Origin: Planctomycetota bacterium
GTDB lineage: Bacteria > Planctomycetota > Phycisphaerae > WQYP01
Direction of reading: 5' to 3'
Length of the DNA: 41,402 nt
Assembly (NCBI GenBank): GCA_021847065.1
Contig: JAJZVR010000001.1
Span: forward strand, 1-41,402
Part shown: positions 8,052 to 16,550 of the stretch, piece by piece
How positions within the stretch are numbered: the stretch's first letter is position 1
Layout of the letters: every line of letters begins with the position of its first letter
Program-made: the position numbers and the translations under genes
Notes under the pieces: model-generated
Seen by the model: the letters and a program-made list of their open reading frames with translations, nothing else
The model's database searches: none
Told to the model about the DNA's origin: nothing

Positions 8052-10217
8052 GTGAAGAAAGCTGCGGATTCTGATATGACCCCCATCACCGAAAACACCC
8101 CGGCCAACCCGCGAGCACTTACGGGAGGACAGCCAGATATTCACTTTTTCAACCGGGATTTGAGCTGGCTGGATTTTAACGCGCGCGTGCTGCATGAAGC
8201 GGCCGACCCGCGAAATCCATTATTGGAGCGATTAAAATTTCTGGCGATTTTTGCCAGCAACACCGATGAATTTTTCATGAAGCGCATCGGCCTTCTGAAA
8301 CGGTGGATTATTAACAAACCCAATGAAACCGGCCCCGATGGCCTGACCCATCGCCGACAGCTTGAATTAGTGCGGCAACGTCTTGCGGATATGGGGGCGC
8401 GGCAGCATGACATCTGGAGCCGGGAACTTCGGCCCCTGCTGGCGGAAGCGGGCATTACGTTGCGTCGATATGAGCAACTCACCGAAGGGCAGCAGGCGCA
8501 TGCGGCAGAATATTTTACGCGCTATATTTTTCCCGTGCTGACGCCTCTGGCGGTGGATCCGGGGCATCCATTTCCATTTATCAGCAATTTAAGTATTTCC
8601 ATCGGGGTGCTTCTGCGGCAACCGGCCCTGCCGGAGGCGCTATTTGCCCGGGTGAAAGTGCCGCGGTTGTTTCCACGCTGGTTTAAGCTTGAAGAGCTGT
8701 CGGGCACTATTTTTGTGCCTCTGGAAAGCCTGATTCAGGGGCAGCTTGAAATGCTCTTTCCGGGAATGCACGTTTTAGAATCACAGATTTTCCGGGTTAC
8801 ACGCAGTGCGGAAGTGGAAGCTGCGGAAGATATTGAGGATTCTGAAGATCTGCTGGAAGAAGTGCAGGAGGAATTGCGGGCTAGGCGATTTGCGGAAACG
8901 GTGCGGGTACAGATTTCCGCGGGCATGTCCGAAGAAATGCGGCATTATTTAACCGACGGCTTGGAATTGCACACGGAAGATTTGGAGGAAGAGCCGGAGC
9001 CATTGGGGTTGGCGGACATGATGAGCCTGGCGACATTGGATATTCCCGCATTGCGGATGCCGACGTGGACGCCTGTTTGCGCTCCCGCATTGGCTGATGC
9101 GGATGCCAGTATTTTTGCCATCATCCGGCAAAGCGACATTCTGGTGCATCATCCGTACGAAAGTTTTAACAGTTCCGTTGAACGCTTTATTCTTTCAGCC
9201 GTTAATGATCCGCAGGTATTGGCCATTAAAATGACCCTTTACCGAACCAGCGGCGATTCGCCATTTGTACCGGCGTTGGCGCGAGCGGCGGAAATGGGTA
9301 AGCAGGTGGCCGTGCTGGTGGAACTCAAGGCACGGTTTGATGAAGAAAGTAATATTCAATGGGCGCAGGCGCTGGAAAGTGCCGGAGCACATGTCGTATA
9401 TGGTATTCTGGGGTTAAAAACCCATACCAAAATAGCCCTGGTGGTGCGGCGGGAAGATAACGCCGTGAAATCTTACGCCCATATTTCCACAGGAAATTAC
9501 AATTCACGAACCGCCGAGGTTTACACCGATCTAGGGCTGTTTACCTGCCGCGAGGATATTTGTGAAGATGTGGTGAATCTCTTTTCATTTCTCACGGGCC
9601 GGTCCCTGAAAAGTGATTATCATAAATTGCTGGTGGCACCGGTGACGATGCGGCAGCGATTCCGGGAAATGATTCAGCGCGAAGCGGTTCATGCACAGGC
9701 TGGCCGTCCGGCGAGAATTATAGCGAAAATGAATGCCCTTGAGGATACGGAAATTATTGAAGCGCTCTACCGGGCTTCACAGGCGGGTGTAAAAATAGAC
9801 TTAATTGTGCGCGGATTCTGTTGCTTGCGTCCGGGAGTTGCGGGTTTAAGCGAAAATATTCGCATTATCAGCATTGTGGGCAGATTTCTTGAACACTCCC
9901 GTATTTTTTGGTTCCATAACAACGGACAGGACGAAATATACATGGGGTCGGCAGACTGGATGAGCCGAAATTTAAGCCACCGCGTGGAAGCGGCCACCCC
10001 CATTGAAAATCCGTTGCTTTCCCAGCGGATGCGTGAGATTCTGGATATTATGCTCGCGGATAATCGACAGGCTTGGGAACTTGGTTCAGATGGTGCCTGG
10101 ACCCAACGGCACCCCGCCGCGGAAGAGCCGGAACGTAGCAGCCAGACGCGGCTGCTGCAATTAGCCATTGAACGGCAACACGCCATTGCCAAAGCTGTAA
10201 ACAACGCGTTGCGGTAA
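8052..10217 (+). CDS. ppk1: polyphosphate kinase 1
   Basis: PPK1 hallmark N-terminus FFNRDLSWLDFNARVLHEA, phospho-His region GLKTHTKIALVVRRE, and C-terminal PLD-like domains (GRFLEHSRIFWF, GSADWMSRNL). Start is GTG 8052 or ATG 8076. Confidence 0.93.
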   Translation: MKKAADSDMTPITENTPANPRALTGGQPDIHFFNRDLSWLDFNARVLHEAADPRNPLLERLKFLAIFASNTDEFFMKRIGLLKRWIINKPNETGPDGLTHRRQLELVRQRLADMGARQHDIWSRELRPLLAEAGITLRRYEQLTEGQQAHAAEYFTRYIFPVLTPLAVDPGHPFPFISNLSISIGVLLRQPALPEALFARVKVPRLFPRWFKLEELSGTIFVPLESLIQGQLEMLFPGMHVLESQIFRVTRSAEVEAAEDIEDSEDLLEEVQEELRARRFAETVRVQISAGMSEEMRHYLTDGLELHTEDLEEEPEPLGLADMMSLATLDIPALRMPTWTPVCAPALADADASIFAIIRQSDILVHHPYESFNSSVERFILSAVNDPQVLAIKMTLYRTSGDSPFVPALARAAEMGKQVAVLVELKARFDEESNIQWAQALESAGAHVVYGILGLKTHTKIALVVRREDNAVKSYAHISTGNYNSRTAEVYTDLGLFTCREDICEDVVNLFSFLTGRSLKSDYHKLLVAPVTMRQRFREMIQREAVHAQAGRPARIIAKMNALEDTEIIEALYRASQAGVKIDLIVRGFCCLRPGVAGLSENIRIISIVGRFLEHSRIFWFHNNGQDEIYMGSADWMSRNLSHRVEAATPIENPLLSQRMREILDIMLADNRQAWELGSDGAWTQRHPAAEEPERSSQTRLLQLAIERQHAIAKAVNNALR

Positions 10218-10322
10218 GTTAAGTGCCCGATGCGGCGGCCACCGGTAAATAAGGCTCACCGCAAATTTGACGTAAAGTGCGTTAAAGTATACTCTTAATA
10301 ATCTTCGCTTCGGCGAACCCTT

Positions 10323-10409
10323 GGAGAGATGTCCGAGTGGCTTAAGGAGCACGATTGGAAGTCGTGTGTGGGGGTAACCTCACCGTGGGTTCGAATCCCA
10401 CTCTCTCCG
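10323..10409 (+). tRNA. tRNA-Ser (anticodon GGA), class II with long variable arm
   Basis: Folded by hand. Acceptor GGAGAGA/TCTCTCC, D-arm TCC-GAGTGGCTTAA-GGA, anticodon stem CACGA/TCGTG with loop TTGGAAG (GGA). An 18-nt variable arm, T-arm GTGGG-TTCGAAT-CCCAC, discriminator G. No encoded CCA. Confidence 0.93.
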
Positions 10410-11921
10410 CTTTAAGGAGTTTTGGTCGAGTTCACCGGCCAGAAGCGCCGCGTCGCAGGACGCGGCGCTTTGCTGACGGGCAAGACGGCCAATAGCGACA
10501 ACGGTTTTCCACGCCCCGCGTGGCTCCCAATCCACTTCCCGATGCGCCACTTTTGGGTTCGAGACGATTTTTCTGAAAAAATCACACTGTTCTGTTAGGT
10601 TGTCGGAATCCGCGAGGAAACCCGCTGTTTTGGCGTCTTTTACGACAGTGATGACCGGTTCGAGAGCACTGGAGCGGTCACGCTCCAGTGTGGCGAGTCG
10701 CTCGCCGCAGTCGTGCTTTTTGAGCACGAGGGTATTCTTGGTTGTCCGGTATTCCGCCAGCGACAGTCCTTCGTCGAGGTAGGCAGCCATGAGCCGGTCG
10801 AGTTTGCGGTCATAGTCGACCAGTTCGTCACGGAGTGACTGGAGTTGCTCTGTAGCAGCGGCGGTATCGGTTGCCTGTTCGCGTTCGAGTTCTCCGAGCA
10901 TCCAGTCGGCCCAGTCGGCCGGCAGGGAAATTTTGTGAAGTATACCGACGATCTGTTTAGTGATGGCTTCTTCGCGGACATACGGTTGCGAACAGGCAGT
11001 CCACTTGGTGCAGCGTAGATAGTTGTGACCCTTTTGGGTCTCCGTAGTGATGGTTCGTCCGCACTCGCCGCAGCGAAACAATCCTCGATAGAGGTAAGGT
11101 TTGAGAGTGCGGCCTTTGGGTTTTGAGCGACGGCGCATGGCCGCCTGGGCGGCATCGAAAAGTTCTTTCGTAATGATCGGCTCATGGCTGCCGGGGTAGA
11201 GTTCTCCATGATAGCGGATGATACCGAAGTAAATCGGGTTCTGAAGCAGGTACTGGTAATTGGAGACCGAGAGCAACCGACCACGCCGGGCGGTCAGCCC
11301 CAGGGCGTTGACCGCGTCATGCACTTGGGCGAAGGTGTAGCGTCCGGTGGCGTAGAGTTCGAACGCTTTGCGGATATACGGTGAACGCTCCGGATCGGGC
11401 ACGATGGTCTTAGTGACGCGGTCGTTGAGGTAGCCCAAGGGAGCGAACTGCGGCCAGACGCCTCGCTTGAGTTTCTGACGGATACCGCGATTGATATTTT
11501 CCGAAAGACTATCGACATAATACTTGCTCTGGCCGAAGGCGATGGAGAGCATGAATTTGCCCTGCGGCGTGGCGTCGAAACGGTACGTCGGCGACTTGAT
11601 GTCCCGGATTCCACCGGTGTCCACCAGGTAGATGATGCGGCCACCGTCGAGTGAATTGCGGGCCAGCCGGTCGGGTGCCCAGACCAGTAACCCTGAGGCT
11701 TCGCCCGATTCCAAGCGAGCCAACATATCATTGAACACGGGGCGACCGGGTGCCTTGGCGGTACGGCTTTCGACGAACGTTTCGACAACGGGAAGATGTT
11801 CCTTGGCCGCCAGTTCGCGCAGCTCGGCAAGCTGGTCGCCGATGCTCCGGGCCTGGCGATCTTCGCTCTCGGTCGATTTACGTGCATAGATGAAATACGT
11901 GATGGGTGCGTCGGTGTTCAT
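10380..11921 (-). CDS. large serine recombinase (resolvase domain + recombinase domain + zinc ribbon + coiled coil)
   Basis: N-terminal serine-recombinase catalytic region YFIYARKSTESEDRQARSIGDQ...LLVWAPDRLARN. Zinc ribbon FRCGECGRTITTETQKGHNYLRCTKW. Long helical C-terminus. ATG 11921 is preceded by GAGGG. The last ~55 codons are encoded by IR1-L plus the antisense of the tRNA T-arm (stop at 10380-10382). Confidence 0.9.
   Translation of the reverse strand: MNTDAPITYFIYARKSTESEDRQARSIGDQLAELRELAAKEHLPVVETFVESRTAKAPGRPVFNDMLARLESGEASGLLVWAPDRLARNSLDGGRIIYLVDTGGIRDIKSPTYRFDATPQGKFMLSIAFGQSKYYVDSLSENINRGIRQKLKRGVWPQFAPLGYLNDRVTKTIVPDPERSPYIRKAFELYATGRYTFAQVHDAVNALGLTARRGRLLSVSNYQYLLQNPIYFGIIRYHGELYPGSHEPIITKELFDAAQAAMRRRSKPKGRTLKPYLYRGLFRCGECGRTITTETQKGHNYLRCTKWTACSQPYVREEAITKQIVGILHKISLPADWADWMLGELEREQATDTAAATEQLQSLRDELVDYDRKLDRLMAAYLDEGLSLAEYRTTKNTLVLKKHDCGERLATLERDRSSALEPVITVVKDAKTAGFLADSDNLTEQCDFFRKIVSNPKVAHREVDWEPRGAWKTVVAIGRLARQQSAASCDAALLAGELDQNSLKRREWDSNPR
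10405..10548. repeat. IR1-L: left copy of a perfect 144-bp inverted repeat
   Basis: Base-by-base comparison shows 10405-10548 is the exact reverse complement of 12721-12864. It starts with CTCCGC (tRNA-Ser 3' end) and contains the 12-bp GC hairpin. Confidence 0.95.
10443..10470 (+). terminator. GC-rich hairpin downstream of tRNA-Ser (weak intrinsic terminator candidate), part of IR1
   Basis: AAGCGCCGCGTC-GCAG-GACGCGGCGCTT forms a perfect 12-bp stem, followed only by TGCTG, so the U-tract is poor. An identical copy lies in IR1-R (about 12799-12826). Confidence 0.4.
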
Positions 11922-12036
11922 ATATGGTTACCCTCTTGGCGGCGGTCAATGACCGCCAGTGTGATTATGGGGATAGCATAGCGCGCAGGGAGCGGCGCGC
12001 CAAGAGAAAAATGTGTCGAATTGCCAACGATGTATT

Positions 12037-12576
12037 TTATGTCGAGGTTGCGTTGCTCTTCGGAGCGAATTGTTCCGCCGTAGCCAGAAAAGATTTCATG
12101 TTCTCCGGACTTGCCTTCCATACTCGATTGTCGATATCCATAACTCCAATGTAATCCAATTTTTGCCAGTCGAAATCGAGCGCTACCGACATGACCAATT
12201 CTTCTTTTTCACCGAGCATTCTTGGAAGCTCTGGGGAAAACGTATAGTTGGGCCTATTTAAATGATTCGTTACCGTCTGATTGGATAGTCCAGCCTGATC
12301 CGGTTCAGAGCTACTCCAGCACCATGCTTTGATATGGTAGGGTCGTCGGGACTTGTTGAGTGCTATAATCTGAGCCAATTGTTGGTGACCATTCCTCGTC
12401 GGATTTACCTTTACGTCTACATTCGGATTCTCTGCCTCACATTGCTCTTGCTGAATCCGGTACGAATCTCTGGAGAGCTTGACGGTATAAATTGCGGCAA
12501 TCGTCGCAATCATACCGGAAATTGCGGACACTGCCGCGCAAGCTACTGTAATCATTTCTGCCATCTGAGCATCCAT
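12037..12576 (-). CDS. hypothetical membrane-anchored protein (single N-terminal TM helix)
   Basis: ORF upstream of and co-directional with the recombinase. Hydrophobic MITVACAAVSAISGMIATIAAIYTV is followed by a soluble ~150-aa region with no motif I recognise. Start is ambiguous (TTG 12600, ATG 12576/12564/12555). Confidence 0.5.
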   Translation of the reverse strand: MDAQMAEMITVACAAVSAISGMIATIAAIYTVKLSRDSYRIQQEQCEAENPNVDVKVNPTRNGHQQLAQIIALNKSRRPYHIKAWCWSSSEPDQAGLSNQTVTNHLNRPNYTFSPELPRMLGEKEELVMSVALDFDWQKLDYIGVMDIDNRVWKASPENMKSFLATAEQFAPKSNATST

Positions 12577-12720
12577 GACGAATAGTATAGGTGAAGGCAA
12601 TAAAACTGGAAACCATCATTTGATACCCGGCGATATGAATATCATGCCTGCAGCACCAGGAGGATATATATAGTATGTATTATTTATCATATGTGAATAA
12701 TTTATTATTGTTTTCAAATA

Positions 12721-12864
12721 GGCGCATCGGGAAGTGGATTGGGAGCCACGCGGGGCGTGGAAAACCGTTGTCGCTATTGGCCGTCTTGCCCGTCAGCAAA
12801 GCGCCGCGTCCTGCGACGCGGCGCTTCTGGCCGGTGAACTCGACCAAAACTCCTTAAAGCGGAG
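12721..12864. repeat. IR1-R: right copy of the perfect 144-bp inverted repeat
   Basis: Exact reverse complement of 10405-10548. This explains ORF-track 12734..12925, which repeats the recombinase tail DWEPRGAWKTVVAIGRLARQQSAASCDAALLAGELDQNSLKR. Confidence 0.95.
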
Positions 12865-12937
12865 TGCTTTGGTCAAGCTTCGAACGGCCGTCGCTCAGGA
12901 GCATCATACACCAAAATGTCCTTGAGAATTTCTGGCA

Positions 12938-13140
12938 TTTAACCCTTCCCCTCACCCTTCCCCCTGGGGGGAAGGGCACCATTTCCGTTTAGTCCTTGTG
13001 TTACAACGGTTTATCGTATTTTTCGAGCGTGGCGCCTTGTCAGAAAGCGGCCTCTCTCCCTCACGGGAGAGAGGCCTTCGGCTCGCTCACGCTCGCCTCG
13101 GCGGCTCACGCCGTCCGCAGGTGGGGTGGGGGCAGAAAAA
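12938..13140. repeat. IR2-L: left copy of a ~203-bp hairpin-rich inverted repeat
   Basis: Reverse complement of 39175-39378 with about 3 substitutions and 1 indel by eye. Contains palindromes at 12955-12976 (CCCTTCCCCC..GGGGGAAGGG) and 13049-13076 (GGCCTCTCTCCC-TCAC-GGGAGAGAGGCC). Confidence 0.9.
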
Positions 13141-13200
13141 TATTTGCATATCTACTCATATATATGCACATGGTAATGTGCGCGCTGATAATGTGCATTA

Positions 13201-14538
13201 TCAGCGTTTCTTTTTGTGTTGCGTGCGTGGACGCAGTTTTCTTTTCTTCGGAATGGTTTGTTTCGGTTCTCCCATCCATCGTCGAATACGAGATTCAATA
13301 ACTTCACGCTTCGTGGAGAAGCGTTCGCGTGAGCGAGCGATGACTATGTGTCGGCGCCCGCTGCGGATCATGAGTGGTCGCATCGTGCTGACACGAAACG
13401 GGGTTTCGTACCCGTAGATCGTCAGCGGCTTGATGAGAGCCTGGTAGTTGGCAAGGCTGGTGAAAGCCGATGATTGGATGTCTTCACCGAATTGCCGGGC
13501 CAGTAAGGTTGCGTCGGATTCCCCCACACGGAAACTCATGATCGTACCGACATTGCCAAAGACCGCATTGGTGATCTCCGGTCGTGTCTGGCTGGTGTAC
13601 TGGGATGCCAGCGTCAGGGACAGGCCGTACTTTCTTGCTTCCGAGAGAATGGATGCAAACGAGTCGGTAGCAAAGTTGTGGTATTCATCCACGTAGAGGT
13701 GGAACGGCGTCCGTTGTGCCGGTGGGATGTCGGCTCGACTCAAGGCTGCAAGCTGGAACTGGGTGACCAAGAGTGATCCCAACAGGTTGGCCTTATCTTC
13801 CCCGACCTTGCCCTTGGCGAGGTTCGCGATGAGGATACGTGAGCGGTCCATCAGAAACCGGATATCAATGCTACTTGCGACTTGGCCAAGTATGTGACGG
13901 ATGGGTGGCGCCATCACCAATTGCCCGATCTTGTTCTGCACCGGGGCGATGACTTCCGTTAAAAATCGCCGGTCATAGCCGGCGAATTCTCCTGTCCAAA
14001 AGGCCCGTATCATCGGGTCCCTGACTTGCCGGACGACCCAGGTACGGTAGACCGGATCAATGAGCATCCGCTGCACGCCGAGAATCGTTACGTTCTCGCA
14101 TTCCAGCAGTGCGGCAATGCTGGTATACAGAATGTATTCCATCCGTGGCCCCCAGGAATCCCGCCAGATACTTTTCAGTGCGCCAACGATGGATGAAGCG
14201 ATGAGGTGGGGCACGTGGTTGGTGCCGGGACGCAACACGTTGAGACCGACCGGAAACTCATGGTCGGCGGGGTTGAGATATGCAACATGGTCGGTACGGT
14301 GCGGAGGGATGCAATCGAGAATGTCCTCGGCCAGATCACCGTGGGGATCGATCAGACCGACCCCATGACCTTTTTCAATGTCTTGGATGATCAGGTTGCG
14401 GATGAGGGTGGACTTGCCGGTACCGGTCTGACCGATGATGAAAAGGTGCTGCGCTCGGGCATCGGGTGATATACCGAAAAGCTGCTGGCCGCCCCAGACG
14501 TCGCGTTCGCCAATGTATGAAAGAGCATCGTCCCACAT
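13201..14538 (-). CDS. TraD/VirD4/HerA-like P-loop ATPase (soluble coupling-protein-like), copy 1
   Basis: Walker A FIIGQTGTGKSTL, Walker B FHLYVDEYHNF, followed by LSEARKYGLSLTLASQ (a TraG-D_C-like region). Basic C-terminal tail KKRKLRPRTQHKKKR. No TM segment. Confidence 0.85.
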   Translation of the reverse strand: MWDDALSYIGERDVWGGQQLFGISPDARAQHLFIIGQTGTGKSTLIRNLIIQDIEKGHGVGLIDPHGDLAEDILDCIPPHRTDHVAYLNPADHEFPVGLNVLRPGTNHVPHLIASSIVGALKSIWRDSWGPRMEYILYTSIAALLECENVTILGVQRMLIDPVYRTWVVRQVRDPMIRAFWTGEFAGYDRRFLTEVIAPVQNKIGQLVMAPPIRHILGQVASSIDIRFLMDRSRILIANLAKGKVGEDKANLLGSLLVTQFQLAALSRADIPPAQRTPFHLYVDEYHNFATDSFASILSEARKYGLSLTLASQYTSQTRPEITNAVFGNVGTIMSFRVGESDATLLARQFGEDIQSSAFTSLANYQALIKPLTIYGYETPFRVSTMRPLMIRSGRRHIVIARSRERFSTKREVIESRIRRWMGEPKQTIPKKRKLRPRTQHKKKR

Positions 14539-14780
14539 CCGACAGAGCCGCCATTCCAGAAAAAGAACAGCCCTCTGTGAAAGAGGGTCAAGGTGTGGTC
14601 CGCACCATGCGGGGCTTGCGGTCCGCCGGTACCGCTCGACATACGCAGTTGTTGGCGAGCCGAGTGGGTAATGGAAGCTCAGTCCGGGGTCCGAACGCAG
14701 TTCAGGCCCGAGGATATTGTAACGTATTCGATGCGTTGTGGGGTGTGGATATCATAAGTCATCCGTGACATAATTAAGTG

Positions 14781-15161
14781 ATGCAGTGGTGGACAAACAA
14801 TCAAGATAAAATATTGCGTAAGTTGGACGTTCAATTTCACCCAGAAGTTGACGCTATCGTCAGAGATGGATCCCTTGGCACATACGAAGATCTCATGCTT
14901 ACCGCGCTCGCTGCCAAAACTTGTGACGTCGCAGCACTTTTCGATGTTGGCTTGCGTGCTTTACCTACGAATGAAAATCGTCCCAGCGAGGCGTTGGCCA
15001 GCTACTTTTTCATTCTATCAACGATTAAGGGCTTGCCCCGCGAGCTTCAAGACCTTGCCACGAATACCATGGTCTATTGCAAAAACGATATGAACACACC
15101 GACAGGATCCCTGTCTCGCCTACGCAGCGATTATGAGTCTCTCCGCAGTCTGCTTAAGTAA
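14781..15161 (+). CDS. hypothetical protein
   Basis: 126-codon ORF with ATG at 14781 (GTG 14778 in the track). No recognisable motif. Confidence 0.45.
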   Translation: MQWWTNNQDKILRKLDVQFHPEVDAIVRDGSLGTYEDLMLTALAAKTCDVAALFDVGLRALPTNENRPSEALASYFFILSTIKGLPRELQDLATNTMVYCKNDMNTPTGSLSRLRSDYESLRSLLK

Positions 15162-15185
15162 ACTTTCGCCGCCGCCGCCGCCGGG

Positions 15186-15395
15186 TTATTTCTTATGCCC
15201 GTGGAAGCTGTGCCCGCTCTTCGTGCCATCGAGTTTCTCACGGATCATTGAATGGGAGTGATTTTCTTTGTCTCCACGTCCCACGCGATCTTCCGTGCGG
15301 AGAAAGTGCGTGTCCTTCGCGCCGTCCGAGTGCTTTTCAACCTTTTCCTTTACTTCGCCACCGGACGAATCCTTGAACCAATTTGACCAGCCCAT
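15186..15395 (-). CDS. small hydrophilic His/Lys-rich hypothetical protein
   Basis: 69-aa ORF convergent with 14781..15161 (MGWSNWFKDSSGGEVKEK...HSFHGHKK). No homolog recognised. Confidence 0.4.
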   Translation of the reverse strand: MGWSNWFKDSSGGEVKEKVEKHSDGAKDTHFLRTEDRVGRGDKENHSHSMIREKLDGTKSGHSFHGHKK

Positions 15396-15712
15396 GCGAC
15401 ACCAACCTTTCTGGTACGACTCACCATAAGTTCATTGTAGCAACCCGCGGCAGACCATTCAAAACAAATTTTCGTAGGTTCCTGATTGTTAGACCCGCCC
15501 AGACGTTGGCGAGGCCGTCACGCCGACAAATATTCCCGCGTAAGATATGCACACGATATATAAAACTTCTCTGTATACACGTAATGATCTTGCTCTCGCC
15601 CTACTTTCCATGCTTTACTTCTTCCCGGACCTGTTCATTTCAAAACCGCAACACCGTTCCGTGCTCGTTGCACGGCGACTGATGCTGCGCACATATCGAA
15701 AGGAGTTATTCA

Positions 15713-15979
15713 GTGGCCACATTTCCACCGGGACAGATTGTCATTACCCGCAACGCCCTCAATTCCCTCGAACAGACTGATGTCGATGCCGGCCTCGCCC
15801 GGCACCTGCGCGGCGACTGGGGCGACGTGGATGAAGAAGACCGGCGGACGAACGACCAGTCGCTCAAACACGGCGCTCGTCTTTTGTCCGTCTACCACGC
15901 CGCCAATGGTACCAAGTTCTGGATCATCACCGAAGCGGATCGCTCCGCCACGACCATCCTACTTCCCAGCGACTATTGA
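15713..15979 (+). CDS. conserved small plasmid/ICE-associated protein (GDWGD...EADRS family)
   Basis: GTG 15713 is preceded by AAAGGAG. The sequence HLRGDWGDVDEEDRRTNDQSLKHGARLLSVYHAANGTKFWIITEADRSATTILLPSDY matches a small-protein family I recall from plasmids and ICEs. This is a recollection, not a search result. Confidence 0.7.
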   Translation: MATFPPGQIVITRNALNSLEQTDVDAGLARHLRGDWGDVDEEDRRTNDQSLKHGARLLSVYHAANGTKFWIITEADRSATTILLPSDY

Positions 15980-15990
15980 AAGGAGTCACC

Positions 15991-16224
15991 ATGGAAGAAA
16001 ACTTCAAGGACACGGCAGACAGAGAACTCCAGCGTCTCGGTCTGGCCTTCCACGGCATCCATCTTGAATGCAGAACCTGCGACTGCGAAGTCTTCGCCAC
16101 TTCGCTTGCACTGCCCGAATCGTTCGGCTGGTCTGACATACAGCAAGTCAAGGGTGCCGAATACCACGGCATCTGTATGGCGTGTATCGGTTCGTCACCT
16201 CACAAGAAAGGAACATCATCATGA
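15991..16224 (+). CDS. small Cys-containing (zinc-ribbon-like) hypothetical protein
   Basis: ATG 15991 is preceded by AAAGGAG. Contains CRTCDC ... CMAC cysteine pairs. Its stop overlaps the next start (ATGA at 16221-16224). Confidence 0.6.
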   Translation: MEENFKDTADRELQRLGLAFHGIHLECRTCDCEVFATSLALPESFGWSDIQQVKGAEYHGICMACIGSSPHKKGTSS

Positions 16225-16550
16225 ATGACCACATTGATGTGGGTGCAACGCCTCCGATGGAGGACTGCGCCCAAGTCGGTACTGCCGACTACTTCGAACG
16301 TGCTCGTCGAGAGTGCCGAGTCTACATCAGCCTTCTACGCCGTGCCCTCGGCCCGGAGCCGACAGGTGCAACACTCCAGATCAAATCAAATCCCCACGAT
16401 TTCGGCACCTATCTGTCCGTGGTCTGTTACTACGATGTCTGTAATGAAGACGCACGCAACTACGCCTTCCGCTGCGAATCGGAAGGGCCGGACGAGTGGG
16501 ATGCTATTGCCCGACGAGAACTCAATCAGAAAGGAGTACACCATGAGTGA
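16221..16550 (+). CDS. hypothetical protein, mobile-element associated
   Basis: ATG 16221 is preceded by AAAGGAA. Begins MNDHIDVGATPPMEDCAQVGTADYFERARRECRVYISLLRR...HDFGTYLSVVCYYD. Overlaps the primase start by 8 nt. Confidence 0.65.
   Translation: MNDHIDVGATPPMEDCAQVGTADYFERARRECRVYISLLRRALGPEPTGATLQIKSNPHDFGTYLSVVCYYDVCNEDARNYAFRCESEGPDEWDAIARRELNQKGVHHE

Noticed and set aside
10640-11887. Alternative-frame minus-strand ORFs inside the recombinase gene (10640..11284 and 11294..11887).
   Set aside because: They are out of frame with a gene that has clear serine-recombinase motifs, and their products are low-complexity Ser/Arg/Pro-rich sequences.
12734-12925. 63-aa ORF repeating the recombinase C-terminus (MDWEPRGAWKTVVAIGRL...).
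   Set aside because: It is the IR1-R copy read in the recombinase frame. It is not an independent gene in this orientation and is relevant only to the inversion hypothesis.
13184-13218. AT-rich hairpin GCTGATAAT-GTGC-ATTATCAGC followed by GTTTCTTTTTGTG, overlapping the stop codon of ATPase copy 1. It could be a plus-strand terminator blocking read-through from IR2-L.
   Set aside because: The stem has only 3 GC pairs and the T-tract is interrupted and lies within coding sequence. This is too weak to call.
12998-13417. ORF-track proteins beginning MLQRFIVFFERGA on both strands (12998..13417 plus strand and 39112..39318 minus strand), which look like a duplicated gene.
   Set aside because: They are simply translations of the two IR2 copies. 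The similarity ends where the repeat ends, there is no SD, the region is dominated by palindromes, and the left ORF runs antisense into the ATPase gene.
15168-15182. (GCC)5 microsatellite between two convergent small genes.
   Set aside because: It is only 15 bp, non-coding, and has no obvious hairpin or terminator role. It is probably incidental.
16225-16542. N-terminal 106-codon extension of the primase ORF, and likewise the 122-codon extension of 24195..25436.
   Set aside because: The extensions overlap well-supported upstream genes in another frame. Internal ATGs with strong SDs (16543) or 4-nt operon spacing (25070) give the sensible starts.
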